This document shows, one piece after another, positions 1 through 12,419 of a DNA stretch of 64,000 bases. The position numbers were made by a program, and so were the translations under genes. This DNA is from Chrysomallon squamiferum (lineage: Eukaryota; Animalia; Mollusca). The notes under the pieces are model-generated. The model had not been told where the DNA came from, ran no database searches, and saw only the letters and a program-made list of their open reading frames with translations. Numbering within the stretch: the first letter of the stretch is position 1; the number at the start of each line of letters is the position of its first letter. Location: contig CM022678.1 of NCBI GenBank assembly GCA_012295275.1, positions 16,802,001 through 16,866,000 of the forward strand, written 5' to 3'.

Positions 1-720
1 CTCCTGTAATGAGTAAAGTGACCAATGGAAATATACTAAAAATTATTCTAGGTTGTCCGTTTCCATGTTTATAAAAAGGAAAACATTTAAAACACTTTTG
101 TGACACTTATATTAAATATAAATACAGTGTGTTTAATGATGAGTGAAATGTAAAATGTCTATATATTTTTATTTGTAAATATCTGTAACTGACAATACGT
201 GACAATTACATTTTGTGAAGAAGAGAGCAAAATGAATGTTTACATTCAGGCAGTTAGAAAACTGAGATAGTAAATATTTGCTTGAGTGTGTCTGTATGTC
301 TGTGAATGTCCGTTTAGCTGTTTTTATTTACTTATCGATTTTATACAGAATCTGCTTTGAAAGATATTGTTTTGTAAATGGAAGATCTTACAGTTTGAAT
401 TTATAATCATATACTGCGTAAAATATTCAGATAAACTTTTTTCTGTTTTAAACTAATAACAATAATTCAGTAGTGTGATAAGGGATACTATAAAACAATA
501 ATAATAACATTAACAACAACTGTTATAATAAAAATTTAAAATCCAGTAAATCTTCTTAGCATTTTCTTCCTCTTTCATAGGCAGGATGGATTCTGTCATT
601 ATAGAGATGTATGCAAAAGTTAGTATAACTAGAAATACATGATACCCAAACATTTTACTGATCAAAATATCATTTTTATACAGATTTTAAATTAAAATAT
701 TTGTATAATAAAAAACATAA
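1..720 (+). other. 3' flank of a preceding array copy (array continues left of window)
   Basis: Begins ctcctgtaatgagtaaagtga and continues with blocks (tttaatgatgagtgaaatgtaaaa, aaaatttaaaatc...aaatcttctta) also found downstream of copies B (~19930-20620), C (~35530-36480) and E (~57580-58230). Confidence 0.75.
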
Positions 721-725
721 TAAAA

Positions 726-775
<50 letters not shown>

Positions 776-803
776 TAATAATATTTCCTTGAGTTATATG
801 TTT

Positions 804-846
<43 letters not shown>

Positions 847-970
847 GATATATTTTCACACTTAAATGCTGTTTGTTTTATTATTACTTATTTTAACTTT
901 TATGTCTTTTTCTATATGAAACTACTTTTCTTTTCTCTGTATCACGTTTGCAAATGATGTAAAATCGTAC

Positions 971-1066
<96 letters not shown>

Positions 1067-1266
1067 ATATTTTATTCTAAGAATGTTCCTGCCTTGAGCT
1101 ATGTATATATATATATGTGTGTACGTATGTATTTACGTACGTATAAATACATTTGCATTCGTACGTATCTACAAAGGAAATATTCCTGTGTATTACGAAA
1201 TTTATTCTAAATATAGACACACGTCACTGTCTGAAACAATGTCTATTTTTATTCCATGATCCACAA

Positions 1267-1279
1267 GGAAACTGAAACT
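1267..1279 (+). promoter_or_regulatory. ISRE/IRF-type element upstream of copy A exon 1
   Basis: GGAAACTGAAACT matches the ISRE consensus GGAAANNGAAACT; 213 bp before ATG 1492; CTAAATATAG (MEF2/TATA-like) at 1207-1216. Confidence 0.55.
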
Positions 1280-2877
1280 CTCGATAGGGTAAAGCGACCA
1301 CAAACAACAGGACATTGTACAATTTTTAGCCAAATATACGTATTTTTGCTTTCTTCTTTAAATATTTAACATGTGAAGATAATGTATTACGCATAGAAGA
1401 ACAGATTCTGGGAACTGGAATAACTTTCTCTCTTACAATTTTACAAGAACATTGAGATACCCGATTCATGTGGACGCAAGTTGAATTAATAATGACCTCG
1501 GTAATAATTTTGCTGTTTGTTTTAACTCAGACAGGTAAGTTTATTTAAATTCGTTAAAAATGTGTTTGAGTGTGCACGTGTGTTTTGCCTGAATTATGTT
1601 AGACACACTTTAAAATAAATTACTTCATTTGTATTGTGTTAAAAATAACTTTATACGCAAATAAAAAAATTTGGACAGGAAAACACAGACTCAAACATTT
1701 TTTTTTTAGTATTCCTAAATCCTCCTTGAACTTCAATTAGTATATCACTACAAGATACAGTTTTAATCTATTGTTTAACACACTAATTAATAAATGTAAT
1801 AGATGTCATTTTTTCCTTGCCGGCCTTTTAGTTTTATTTAAGAACAATGAGTGATATTTAAAAATATCTATGCGGTGTTTTTATTCCGATAGCCATTACC
1901 TCATCACGAGTGAAGGAAATATTTTCGGCGTGATTCGACTTCTATTCTAAATATAGACATGAGACATTGCAGAAATATGAAAAACATGTTAAAACAGTGT
2001 GTTACGATTAGAAGAACAGACACTGGATAACCTTTTATTTAACACATAAATAAAAATAAAAGTAATTCCATCGAAATAAACCTTAATTTACAAAACTGAG
2101 TACACTATAAAAATACCTGGGAGCTGTTTCTTTTTCTGTAGCCGTGACGTCATTACATATAGGATGTACCCTTTTTTGTCTATAGCAGAGGCCGTTAACC
2201 TTGTCGATAGTGCCGATAGGCAGCCGTTTGACTGAATGCTGTGAGCGTTTTGCCTTTTTTCTAGGGTTCCTTCCTACGATGATCATTGTTTGTGTAGCCT
2301 GAATCCAATTAATAGCGGCTTTTGTGTTCTTCCATTAGTGTGACAGAACGGAGGAAGTCTCCATTTTCAGTGCGACAACTGCTTCAAAAGCGAGAGCGAT
2401 TTTCGGCAACTTGTTTTTACGTCATATGAGGAACTGTTAAATATTTAATCATTAAACTTTGATGAATAATTACTTAAACTATTACCTAAATTTTAGTAAA
2501 TAGTATTTAAGTTTAAAATCTTAATTCTTAAATTATTGTGTGTTTAATGGATGTTTAAAGTGGGTGATAACATGAAAAATAGTTGTCTCGCTTTATTCTA
2601 AATATTATCTCTCGGCACAAAGACACAGGTTTATGCTATGTACAGGATATGGTAGTCAAAATAGAAGAAGAAAAACAATAGTATCAAAAATGAAAAACAA
2701 AACTCTTTAAGAATAAAAAAACACTAATAATAATAAATGAAACAAACATTAGAAAAAATTAAATAAATAAAATTTGACAAAAACTAATTTTATAACCAAA
2801 ACAATGTACATATTTGTGTACATATGTATGTATGCATGCGTGCATGTATATTTGCATGTATATATGTTAGTCAGTGT

Positions 2878-4353
2878 GTAAAACCAGTCATTTGGCCTAA
2901 TGCCTGAAATGTTTGGGCGTTTAGCCTAACAGCCAACGCCGTCAGCCGTGTGGACTAATGTCTAAAATTTCCAAGGATTAGGCCATCCGACTGAAATAGA
3001 CCTCTAGTCATTAGGCAAAATGACTGAATGAAAACGAATGACTTACAATGACATGAAAACATTTGTTTCGAAACACATCTATTTATTACAGCTGTTCAAA
3101 TTTGAGTGACATCTTGAATTGCAGAAAAGACTCTGCTTAAAACAATTAAAACATTTTGTTTCACACATCTTTGTTCCCGCACATTTGCATTTCACAAAAC
3201 CTTGTCGACCTGCGGAATTACTCCTTTGACACTGCTGCTCTAAGATACATTGTGCATTCGCTGATCACGTCATCGTCATCAGTATTTACAATCACTCCCT
3301 GCGGGTTCCAGGGATCACCACGGCCCCTGTTCTCGGCTTCAATAGTCACTGCCACGTTGTCTCCTTCTTGTCTAGCGGTCAACACAACACAACTGCGTTT
3401 TATAATCCGCTCAGCTTGCTAAAATTGAGCATATCTGGCGAGTTTTCGCTTGGTGCCAATGTACGATGTCGACACAGCAACTGTTTTCGGCAGCAACTGG
3501 TCATCCTTGGAGTTGGAAGGTAGCTGTTCAAACTCACAGTTTGGTAGCGGTCGCTAAAATGAAATAAATTTACAGATAAATATGTGGTGTTTTGAAAATT
3601 GCGGGAAGGCAAATTTCATAATATTTGTTCTAGCAATTTTGTGTACTTGACCAGTCAAACTGCTAGAATTTATCCTGAATGTTACAATACTTGTTAGAAA
3701 TGTATGAATGACATTCGCCATAAAAAAAGACAAACGGTTCTCCTCAAGAGAACATACTCCAGTTCCTTGCGTCATTCCCGAAGGCTACTAACAGATCTCT
3801 AATGTCTGAGTTGCGTCGCTCTACAGAGTCCTGGCTTCGGACGTGTCTTCGTTTCCCGTGCACAGTAACCAAATCGGTCCACAATCCCATCAGTTCCTTG
3901 ACTTCAATAACTGTAAACGCGGATTCGTTGACACTTTGCAAGACACGAGAAGCTCCAAACATCAGGAAGACGTTAGAGAATACAGAAGTTAGTCAAATTA
4001 CCCTGGTAAACCGCGACCCACTTGTACTTTCTACTTGGTAAGGACTGCATGTCCACAAGATTCACTTGACCACGTGACGAAAACTCCTTAGTCAGAATAG
4101 GTTTTATTACCGCAGCTTTGGTTGTTGTCCTCTTGTGTTTCTGTTGACAGTCCGTGCATAACGACTTGAACAGTTCGATAGCTTCACGTGTCACATTCAC
4201 ACATTTTTGGGATAGTTCTTTCAGCATCCGATCACGTCCACCGTGGTCTTTTGAGAGGTGCGCCTGCTTGATAACTTCAAAGGTATATTCAATGGAAACG
4301 TAGTAGAGAGGAGTTTCTTCATCTGTTTGGCGCTTCGTAGTCTGTTTCTGCAC
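2878..4353 (-). mobile_element. Decayed KRBA2/SCAND3-like (Ginger/Gypsy-integrase-type) transposase element in intron 1 of copy A
   Basis: Minus-strand fragments: HHCC zinc finger (AHLSKDHGGRDRM...LCTDCQQK), integrase core (RGQVNLVDMQ; FGASRVLQSVNES...HGKRRHVRSQDSVERRN) and C-terminal GFVKCKC...CNSRCHSNLNSCNK* (stop at 3079-3081); multiple frameshifts. TGT-starting end at ~2878 with inverted 18-mers cagtcatttggcctaatg / cattaggcaaaatgactg. Confidence 0.8.
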
Positions 4354-5350
4354 TGATAAACAAATTATTATATGAAATTATATATTAATGTCTCTTTTAT
4401 TTTTCTGGTATAGTTTTCTCGCCTTTAATAACATAGGATCATTACATTCAAATATATAGTGATATTCATCTCCAGTTTTGTTAGGATTACAAATATGACA
4501 TTTTCTCTCTTCTCTTAAACCATCGTCCAGTTTGAAAAGGATCTTGAACCTTGAAAATATTAACCTGCAAGCTGTTGTGAAGCACGTTGAAAAGGAAGAT
4601 TCTGCCCTATTTTATACATGATGTAACAATAAAACTACCATTAATCCCTACCATCTAATAGGTCTTTGATGTTAGAATAACACAACAATAAGGCAAAATA
4701 GAGTGTAAATAATATGTCTTTAAATTATGTTTCTCTATGGTCAGTCTTTGATACATATGTAACTAGTATGCTGTTTTATGGTGGTGAGATAAAGAGTTTT
4801 CATAAAGTGGATGTTATTGAGAACATTAACTTAGATTTTCTTTTAATATTTTAAAAGTTTAAGGTTCAACCACAACTATTTTGAATTCGGCAGATTTCCG
4901 TCAGTTTATGATTAAATATTGCATGAAATTAATCAGTACAAAAAACTCTAGTTTATATTATAGAAAAATAATTGGGTGACTTTTATTAGGAAAACTTTAC
5001 ATGAACTGAGATTGGGATATGTCACGGGGCATCTAACACAGTCGCATTTAGCACGTAATTAGCACGTCGTCACGAAGCAAAATTAGAATTCTGAAACTGG
5101 TGTAACACTCTTCCTCCAACATGGCACTAACTATGCATTAAGATCTCACTGTAACCGGTAGATAGCTGCCGATTTGGCTCGGCTCTAAGGATATTCAGGA
5201 AACAAGGTCATATGTGTATTTATAATCAGCCAACGTTAGATCACTAAAAACACAACAACACAAGTTCAGATTTAAATAATATACGAATTAGAGTATAAAA
5301 ATACATATAGCCGTAGTATTTATTTCCCCTGATTTTCGTTTGTAAATTAA

Positions 5351-5418
<68 letters not shown>

Positions 5419-5520
5419 CTTTTTTTGACTTATTTTTTTTTCGTGTTGTTTTTATTTAATTTATTATTGTTTTTTCGTTTTTGTGATTTATTTTATTATT
5501 TTTTATTCAGTTTTCTTATT

Positions 5521-5567
<47 letters not shown>

Positions 5568-6089
5568 TCATATAGATAGACAGATAGATAGAGAGATAGA
5601 TAGATAAATAGATATTTTATGTATAAGATATACCAAAATGCTTGTATCAGAAGTGCGTCATACAGGTTTGAAATATTTATACTGATTTTTCAACGCTTTA
5701 TTTGGTTTCTGTTTGAGTAAAAACTGTTTGAATGGAATATTTTAAGTCGTATCTTTATGCTTACTGCATGAACGTTATCTCGCATTCCGATCCAGAGATA
5801 TTGATTTCAGTCTAAAGCGCCCTATATAGCTGCCACGTCGTTATGGGTTACCTATTATGTTTCAATCTTTTAAGCTGATCGGAATTATTCTACAAGATTT
5901 ATTTGTACAAACAGACTCAAACAAACAAGTGTTCAGCCTCTTCTCATTATTTGTGTATCCAATATAAATGTTTTTGTTTAACGAAAGCGGTAGAAAACCT
6001 GTATGAAAAACTTTAGAGCAAATGACTCTTTTCATAAATACATCATTAGAAAGAGCAATATTTTATATAGTAAAAACTCAGTGATTTCG

Positions 6090-6236
6090 TTGTTTTCCTC
6101 GCAGTTTTCAAAACAGAAATTTAAACCGCGGTCTTTGCTTACTGACTGACGGACGGACAACGACGACGAAGACAAACGACGGCATCAGTTCTATAAAATC
6201 TCAAGTAATCTTGCAGGATCTACCTCAGGTAAAAAT
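6090..6236 (+). mobile_element. Truncated Helentron/HINE-like 3' end
   Basis: actgactgacggacggac microsatellite followed by a degenerate terminal hairpin ending ctcaggtaaaaa; homologous to 50485-50588. Confidence 0.4.
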
Positions 6237-6795
6237 GAATATAAACCACAGTCTAATCCTCTGAAGACCTCGTGTAATTTGTGATGTCTTAAGTTGTTGC
6301 ATATTCGTTAACACGTTCTTACGTCATACCTGAAACTGTTAAGTTTTTAATCATTTTAATCAATAGTATTTGAGTTTAATCCCTTAATTCTGAAATTATT
6401 ATGTGTTTTTTGGGTGCGTTCCAACTTTTCACTGTTTCAAACTGGGTGATACCTGAAAATTGGCTGCCCTGAAACAACGATAACTAAAAATCTAATAAAA
6501 TTCACGAATAAACAAACAAAAAATCAAACAACATTATTTAGGAAATAAACAAACAAACAAACAAAAAAACAAATAAATTAATTAATTAATAAATAAATAA
6601 ATAAATAAATTCAATTACTCAGAAAATAACTTCATAACTAGATGTATCCGTGTATGTATGTATTTATGTTTGTACGTGAATATTTTCAATTTGTGTGGCT
6701 GACTGTATGACATAAATTTACGTTACTATTTACGAATATATGTGTGAATGAATTTATTTTTTAATGTATCTATGTATGAGTGTATGTATGTATGC

Positions 6796-6842
<47 letters not shown>

Positions 6843-7017
6843 GACACATGACTGTGTATATAGATAAATGTACGTTTGTTTATTTTTCTATGCAAGTATT
6901 TACAGTTTCTTTGTATGAATGTGTGTAGTTTTATGGTGTGTATGTATGTATGTCTGTTTCTATGTCTGTTTATATATATAATGGTGCTAAGTATGATGTT
7001 TTTTTCAACTTGTTCAG

Positions 7018-7128
7018 TTTCAGTTAACAGTTTTATATGTAAAGACAACATAGACGTATGTTCTACCTTTAAATACTGCCCGCCGGAAATCGAAATGGAC
7101 TGTATGAAGACTTGTGAAGTTTGTACAG
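7018..7128 (+). pseudogene. Copy A ShKT-like exon
   Basis: ttcag|...ACAG|gt, phase 1-1; CKDNIDVCSTFKYCPPEIEMDCMKTCEVC has the ShKT C.D....C...C...C.KTC..C spacing. Confidence 0.8.
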
Positions 7129-8024
7129 GTAACGTTATCACGGATTTAGCATAGCAGAGTCAACTGGAGCAGCATAGATACAAAAGACAGTTCATATGTT
7201 AATAACTATACATAAACAATACAGTTGATATGTCCAGTCAGGATACATACACAGTATAGCTGATGTCCATTAAAGACACATAGACAGTATAGTTGATATG
7301 TTAAGTAAAGATATAGATATACACAGGGTAACTGGTGCATTATGTAAGCACAGATATACAAAATATTTGGAATGTTAAACGATGATAGCTAACTAGGACA
7401 GATGAATCATATACATGTCTGATCGGATAGATACCAGATAGGAACAGATTTATTAGGAAGGATATGCATTCAGAAAATAAACATACTAGATATGTTTTTC
7501 AGAATTCCATGACTGTAGATATATTTTAGGTAGGATAGATACCCGCGATAATATGACACAAAGGAAAGCTATGTATTAGGCAGGATAGCTTGTATAAGTA
7601 GGATATGTGTACAGGTTACAGTTATGTTAAGATACGACTGATGGATACACGTAATACTTGGCATATACAATATATAATTGATAGTATAGATATATAGGAT
7701 TTAACGGCTGGCAGTTTAATTTTGTGAGTGTACACATACACATACGAACATGCACATACCAAATACAAAACAGTCACAAAAACATTGCCATTTTTTATTT
7801 GTGTTAATAAATATAATGATTTTTCTTTTTGTACACATGCATAATGAGACACACTATTTCTGTTTTGATTTCAGTATGTCAATATAGTTAATTACGTTCG
7901 CGCGTGCACCCAAACCTTGCATCTACTCTATCAGTTCATATTTTAATTACTGCAAGTGTGCTAGCAGTGCACACACAATATCCTATAATTCTCGGTAAAT
8001 TAATGCGAGTAATTTTATTTTTAG

Positions 8025-9215
8025 ATGAGGGGTATTCTGAACGTTATTACTATGGAGATGGCGACACCTGTACACCCTGTTCTGTCAAAGACACAAAAAA
8101 TTCACAAAGTTACAATGAAAAATGTAATACATTTTGTCTCAGTAAAAAAATGCAGGGCTATCACTGTGATAAGAATTGTAATGAGAGTTGCTTGGATAAA
8201 ATATGTTAGAGACGGACAGGTTATTGTGAACGGTGTCCTTCTGGATTATCTGGACCATATTTACAGGAGCACTGTAATAACACCGACGACAAAGGTTACT
8301 GCATTGGTGACTGTTCTTCTGGGTTTTTCCGTCCAGTGTGCGACAAAGAGTGTCCAAAGCAATGTAAACACAAAGTCTGCACCAAAATAACGGGAAACTG
8401 CATCGGTGACTGTCTTCCTGGTTCTTACGGTCCACGGTGCGAACAAAAGTGTTCAAACGGATGTGGAGACAGGGTCTGCAACAATAAAACCGGAGAGTGT
8501 TTACAATGCTTTGAAAGATATTTAGGTAAAATTTGTCAGCTTCGTTGTTCAGACAACTGTTTAAATAATTCCTGTAATAGGAACGGACAATGCACTGAAG
8601 GTTGCAAAGTTGGGTTTTTCGGAATGCACTGCGCAGAGAAATGCAGCTCGAACTGTCTACATCAGGAATGTAATAGGGAAAACGGATCGTGTACTGCTGG
8701 CTGTGTTGCTGGTAAATATTACGGAGACCGTTGCAAAGACTGTCCTCATCGTTGTCTGAATTCTACGTGTGATCGGAAAACTTGGAAATGTAAGAACGGA
8801 TGCAACGGCACTGATATTTATGGGGCTTTTTGCAACTATTCTTGTGGTTCGAGTTGTCGAAATGTTCGGTGTGAAAACATCTCCGATTACGTTGTGTGTA
8901 GGGCGGTTTGTGTCAGCGGAAGAAAGGCAGAACACTGCAGCGATTTCTGTCCTAAGAATTGTAAAAGGCCATGTCATCAGCTTTCAGGACGATGTCTTCA
9001 TGGCTGTTTTTTAGGTTACCATTTTAGCTATTGTAATAAATCGTGCCCCTCTAACTGTCTGGGAAGTGCATGCCATCAAAACAACATAACGTGTGTAGAC
9101 GGATGTGTAACGTCGTTCTGTGGACCGACGTGCTCAAATAGATGCAGTGAGAACTGTACTGTATGTGATGCTAGAGGGATCTGTATTTTGTCTTCAAATG
9201 ATAGCAACGACGAAT
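8025..9215 (+). pseudogene. Copy A multiple EGF-like (MEGF10/SREC-like) exon with premature stop
   Basis: ORFs 7904-8209 and 8336-9325 share a frame, separated by TAG where paralogues have TAC; repeated C-x2/3-C-x4-C-x5-C-x3-C-xxGxxGxxC units. Confidence 0.85.
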
Positions 9216-10206
9216 GTAAGTATTCAGCAGTATATACCCATACACGCGCGCACTCACACAAACAAACACACACACACAAAGATAAATACATACATACAAA
9301 AGAAAAAAAAAAAAAAAAAACCTGAATAAGTATAAGAAAAAATATGTAAAAGAAAAAATTTGTGCTGATTAAAAGTTTCTTCTCATTTTGTCTTTGTTAC
9401 TGGTTTGTTAGTTATTCGTTTATTCTGTTTTCATTTTCTGATTGGTTAATTATTATGATATGTATTGACTGTTATTAACTTTCAAATTGCTTGATAGTGT
9501 ATTGATATTCGGATTGTTAATTATGGCGATGACTTTCTGATTGGTTAACTATTGTGACAGCTGATTGGTCTGACAGCTATTTTCTGATAGGTTCTCAATA
9601 TACGTTTCAGTCTAATACTGCTTTTTTGTTTTGTTTTTCAGTGGATGTCTCCTTTGATATCGTTTGGTTGACAGCTGTGTATGGAATGATAGCTTTATCG
9701 ACTTTGTTGTTGATATCTCTAGTGGTGTGTTTTATCCAATAATAATAATGATAATAATAATAGTAATAATAATGACAACAACAACAACAACAGATATTTA
9801 AGAAGAAGGAAAAAATAAAAAAGAAGATAATAATAAAAATTCCTTTAGTGCAGTGATGACAATAATAGCAATAACAGTTGTGATTATAAATTAATCTTTC
9901 AATTTCTGTATCTAGAAAAAGGAAGAAAAGATCTAAAAAGAAACAGCGACGTGCACGACGACGTATGAAAAACCTAATTCGAGCACGTGTTAACCAGATA
10001 CAACAACTGGAAATTGAACCAGGTTTTGTAATTTAATTAATTACGATATCATATTGGTGATAGCAACAATACCAATAACAACACTAATACTACACTGGTA
10101 CAAGAACAAATACAAAAAATACAACACACCAAAACAAAACAACAACAACCATCACTACCACCACCGCCAACATCAAACAATAATAACAGACAGCAACAGC
10201 GTCAGC

Positions 10207-10260
<54 letters not shown>

Positions 10261-10963
10261 TGTAGTAGTAGTAATAGTAGTAGTAGGAGTAGTAGTAGTA
10301 GTAGTCATTTTTACGATGATGATAACGATATTAAATATTTCAAAGAATTAGAAGAATTTTAGAATTTTAATGTGATTTATAGGTTAGAAGTTACAAAACA
10401 CTTAATATTAACAGTTAATGACTATGACGGTGTCATGAAAGAAATATTGATTGATTGCTTGAATGATTTTGTTCACTTTAGCAATCAGGCAGATAAATTC
10501 CGATATGTCATTAGATGCTACGGATGGAGTCCGTTGTCATAGCAATCCATCTCCTCCCTCAGCTGCGGATGACATAGTGATCACCTATGATGAAAATGAT
10601 GATGATAATGATAGTCATCATTATGAGTACATAGATGACTGCATGATCTCAAGTCTTAATAGTAGCGCGCAGGAATGTCTTTAAACGTTCCTCAGAACGA
10701 GGCTGTTGAATGAGAAATCGAAAGCGAGACTTTCTATTATAAACGTCTAACATCTAACAATGCAAACAACACGGACGATGTCGTGCCGCTTCTAGAGCCC
10801 GAGCAAAATGAAAGTGTTGATATTAAACATTTTCACACAAATGTGTATAATTATGAGTCTTATGAATTGTTTTCATCTTGAATTTCAGCTAAGTAAATGC
10901 TTATATTTTACTATGTTTATTTTGTTGTTGTTTTTTACCTTGTTAAATATTCATTGTGTTTCC

Positions 10964-11012
<49 letters not shown>

Positions 11013-11153
11013 TATTTATTTATTTTGTTTATTTCGTTACTATTATTTTTATTATAATGAATGTAATAATAATACTTTTTATTTTAATTATTTTATTATT
11101 ATCACTATAATAATCATCATTAGTTTTACTATTATTATTGTTTATATTATTTG

Positions 11154-11210
<57 letters not shown>

Positions 11211-11902
11211 CAATACCACTCTTCTTGTAATTTATTGACTGATTACTGACTGTTACAATACTGTAATTGTTTGGTAATATTTTTCCTTGAAGCTAATGAA
11301 TTTTTTTTACTAATTAATTGATATATGTATTTACTTATTGTCGTTTTAGAATTTATATTATATACAATTTGTCAATGGAGGAACAGAATAAAAATAATTA
11401 TATAGTCATGCATAATCACATACACAGAAAACTCATTCTTACATACATTACAAATAAAACATTAATTACAGCTCCTTTTTTCAGTTTTTACAGAAAATAA
11501 ATTTATATTATATCAGTGTAACAGACAAGTTAGAAAATGATCCTAAAAATATATACAGGAATATAAAACCTTGTAAGTAGAAATGTAAACTGTTATGTCG
11601 TTATTTTCCCTGTCTCTCTTATTCTTGTTATTAGTTTCTTCTTGTTTTTGTTTTGATTGTTGTTGTTGTTGCTGTTGACTGAAATCGGAAAATTCTTTTC
11701 GACTCTCACAAAGAAAGATGTCATAATTTTTCATACAAAAATATTTGAAATATTACAGAAAATTACCTGCAGACCATCTATATTAATCGTATACATAGAG
11801 ACACTACTAGTGCTGCTACTACTACTTATATTACTACTTGTTGTTGTCGTTCTTCTTCTTCTTCTTACTCTTCCTCTTCTTCTTCTTCTTCTTCTTCTTC
11901 TT

Positions 11903-11933
<31 letters not shown>

Positions 11934-12195
11934 TTATTATTAATATTATGAATAACAAACATATATACACTTGAGATTATTTTTTTCTTTAGCTTTTAAT
12001 CTAAAATAGTTTTATTAAAGTTTATTCAAATTATATCCTAAGCATTTACACCTTATTTATTTACTTATTCATTTTCTTTAATTATTTGAAAGATGATTAT
12101 AACAGAGTAACGCTTGAGGTAATTCCTGGAATCCCAGCTTCTGATTATATCAACGCAAGTTTTATTGATGTAAACTAATATATTTATTTATTTAC

Positions 12196-12266
<71 letters not shown>

Positions 12267-12419
12267 TTTTCCTTTTAGTTAATTTAATTTAATTTAATTT
12301 TTATTATTTATTCACTAAATATATTGATTTTCTTATATTCATTAACAGTTACAAAAGTAATACAACACATACACTTACTCTTGCACACAGATAGATATTT
12401 ATGTATGTATTATTCATAT

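Larger units (their letters stand above)
1492..12169 (+). pseudogene. Copy A: ShKT-EGF-TM-PTP receptor pseudogene (3' truncated)
   Basis: Exons: 1492-1534 (MTSVIILLFVLTQT), 7018-7128 (ShKT), 8025-9215 (EGF; in-frame TAG 8207-8209), TM from 9642 (donor deleted at ~9737), 9916-10022 (basic), 10482-10888 (frameshift; donor GT>CT), 11485-11572 (KNIY instead of KNRY), 12093-12169 (DYINASFID). Remaining PTP exons are absent. Confidence 0.85.
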
